A stretch of 53,334 bases of DNA from Candidatus Micrarchaeota archaeon (GTDB taxonomy: Archaea; Micrarchaeota; Micrarchaeia; Anstonellales; Anstonellaceae), in contig JAOAJY010000001.1 of NCBI GenBank assembly GCA_026413965.1, positions 1 through 53,334 of the forward strand. The letters run 5' to 3'. Positions within the stretch are counted from its first letter, which is position 1, and the number at the start of each line of letters is the position of its first letter. Shown here piece after piece: positions 53,056 to 53,334 of this stretch. The notes under the pieces are model-generated. The model had not been told where the DNA came from. It searched no databases and was given only the letters and a program-made list of their open reading frames with translations. The position numbers and the translations under genes are program-made.

Positions 53056-53334
53056 ATGAGGAAGGCAGCAGCATTCATCCTTCTGCTTTCTTTTCTTGCG
53101 CATGCCTCTTCACCTTTAAGCACGGTGAAGCTTGCGGCAAGCATGCTGTGCCATGACGCAAAAAGCCTGCTTCCAGTGGTCTGCATGCTTATGACTGTTT
53201 TTGCCGGAGTGATTTATGCGGCAGGGCAGATAATGGGCGCTGAGACTCGCGCAAGGGCGAATGTTTGGGCAACTGCCGCATTGGTTGGGGCATTGATTGG
53301 AGTGCTGATATATGCTGTTGCGCCTCCTGTCCTG
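53056..53334 (+). CDS. VirB2/TrbC-like pilin, copy 3 (3'-truncated by window end; not in ORF track)
   Basis: MRKAAAFILLLSFLAHASSPLSTVKLAASMLCHDAKSLLPVVCMLMTVFAGVIYAAGQIMGAETRARANVWATAALVGALIGVLIYAVAPPVL; AGGTGG RBS. Confidence 0.8.
   Translation, partial: MRKAAAFILLLSFLAHASSPLSTVKLAASMLCHDAKSLLPVVCMLMTVFAGVIYAAGQIMGAETRARANVWATAALVGALIGVLIYAVAPPVL

Larger units (their letters stand above)
52425..53334 (+). repeat. Three identical 129-bp direct repeats (52425-52553, 52776-52904, 53206-53334) encoding the pilin core
   Basis: Base-by-base comparison from ggagtgatttatgcgg to cctcctgtcctg found no mismatch. Confidence 0.93.

Noticed and set aside
52425-53334. Direct repeats as a CRISPR array or DGR template/variable repeats
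   Set aside because: The repeats are 129 bp, in-frame coding and have no adenine-specific mismatches; no cas or reverse transcriptase gene is in the window
52077-53334. Integrated element at tRNA-Ser carrying the pilins
   Set aside because: No integrase and no duplicated tRNA 3' end is visible; cannot be excluded beyond the window edge

Overview
Compact archaeal chromosomal segment, most consistent with a DPANN archaeon, probably Micrarchaeota. This is inferred from AMP phosphorylase, a Methanococcales-type S-layer, two FtsZ, aRF1, an unlinked 5S rRNA, a tRNA intron at a non-canonical position and 'GAETRARANVW' pilins. The window holds a glycosylation cluster, ether-lipid, polyamine and purine genes, ftsZ-secE-spt5, glycogen genes, tyrS and aRF1. 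Features missing from the ORF track were read directly from the DNA: secE, 5S rRNA, an SRP RNA apparently lacking helix 6, a 44-aa zinc-finger microprotein, a tRNA-Ser(GCT) with an 18-nt T-loop intron, and a third pilin. The best candidate for an undescribed system is a six-gene operon around a split VirB4/CedB-like ATPase (22521-29134), possibly working with a tandem array of VirB2/TrbC-like pilins that share a 129-bp 100%-identical core (52272-53334). Other highlights are a highly structured S-layer mRNA leader with three mutually crossing helices next to the RBS, a polytopic-membrane double-AAA (Cdc48-like) ATPase, an ArgG homolog with a remodelled active site and a degenerate AglB-like protein. 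All family calls come from motif recognition by eye; no searches were run.
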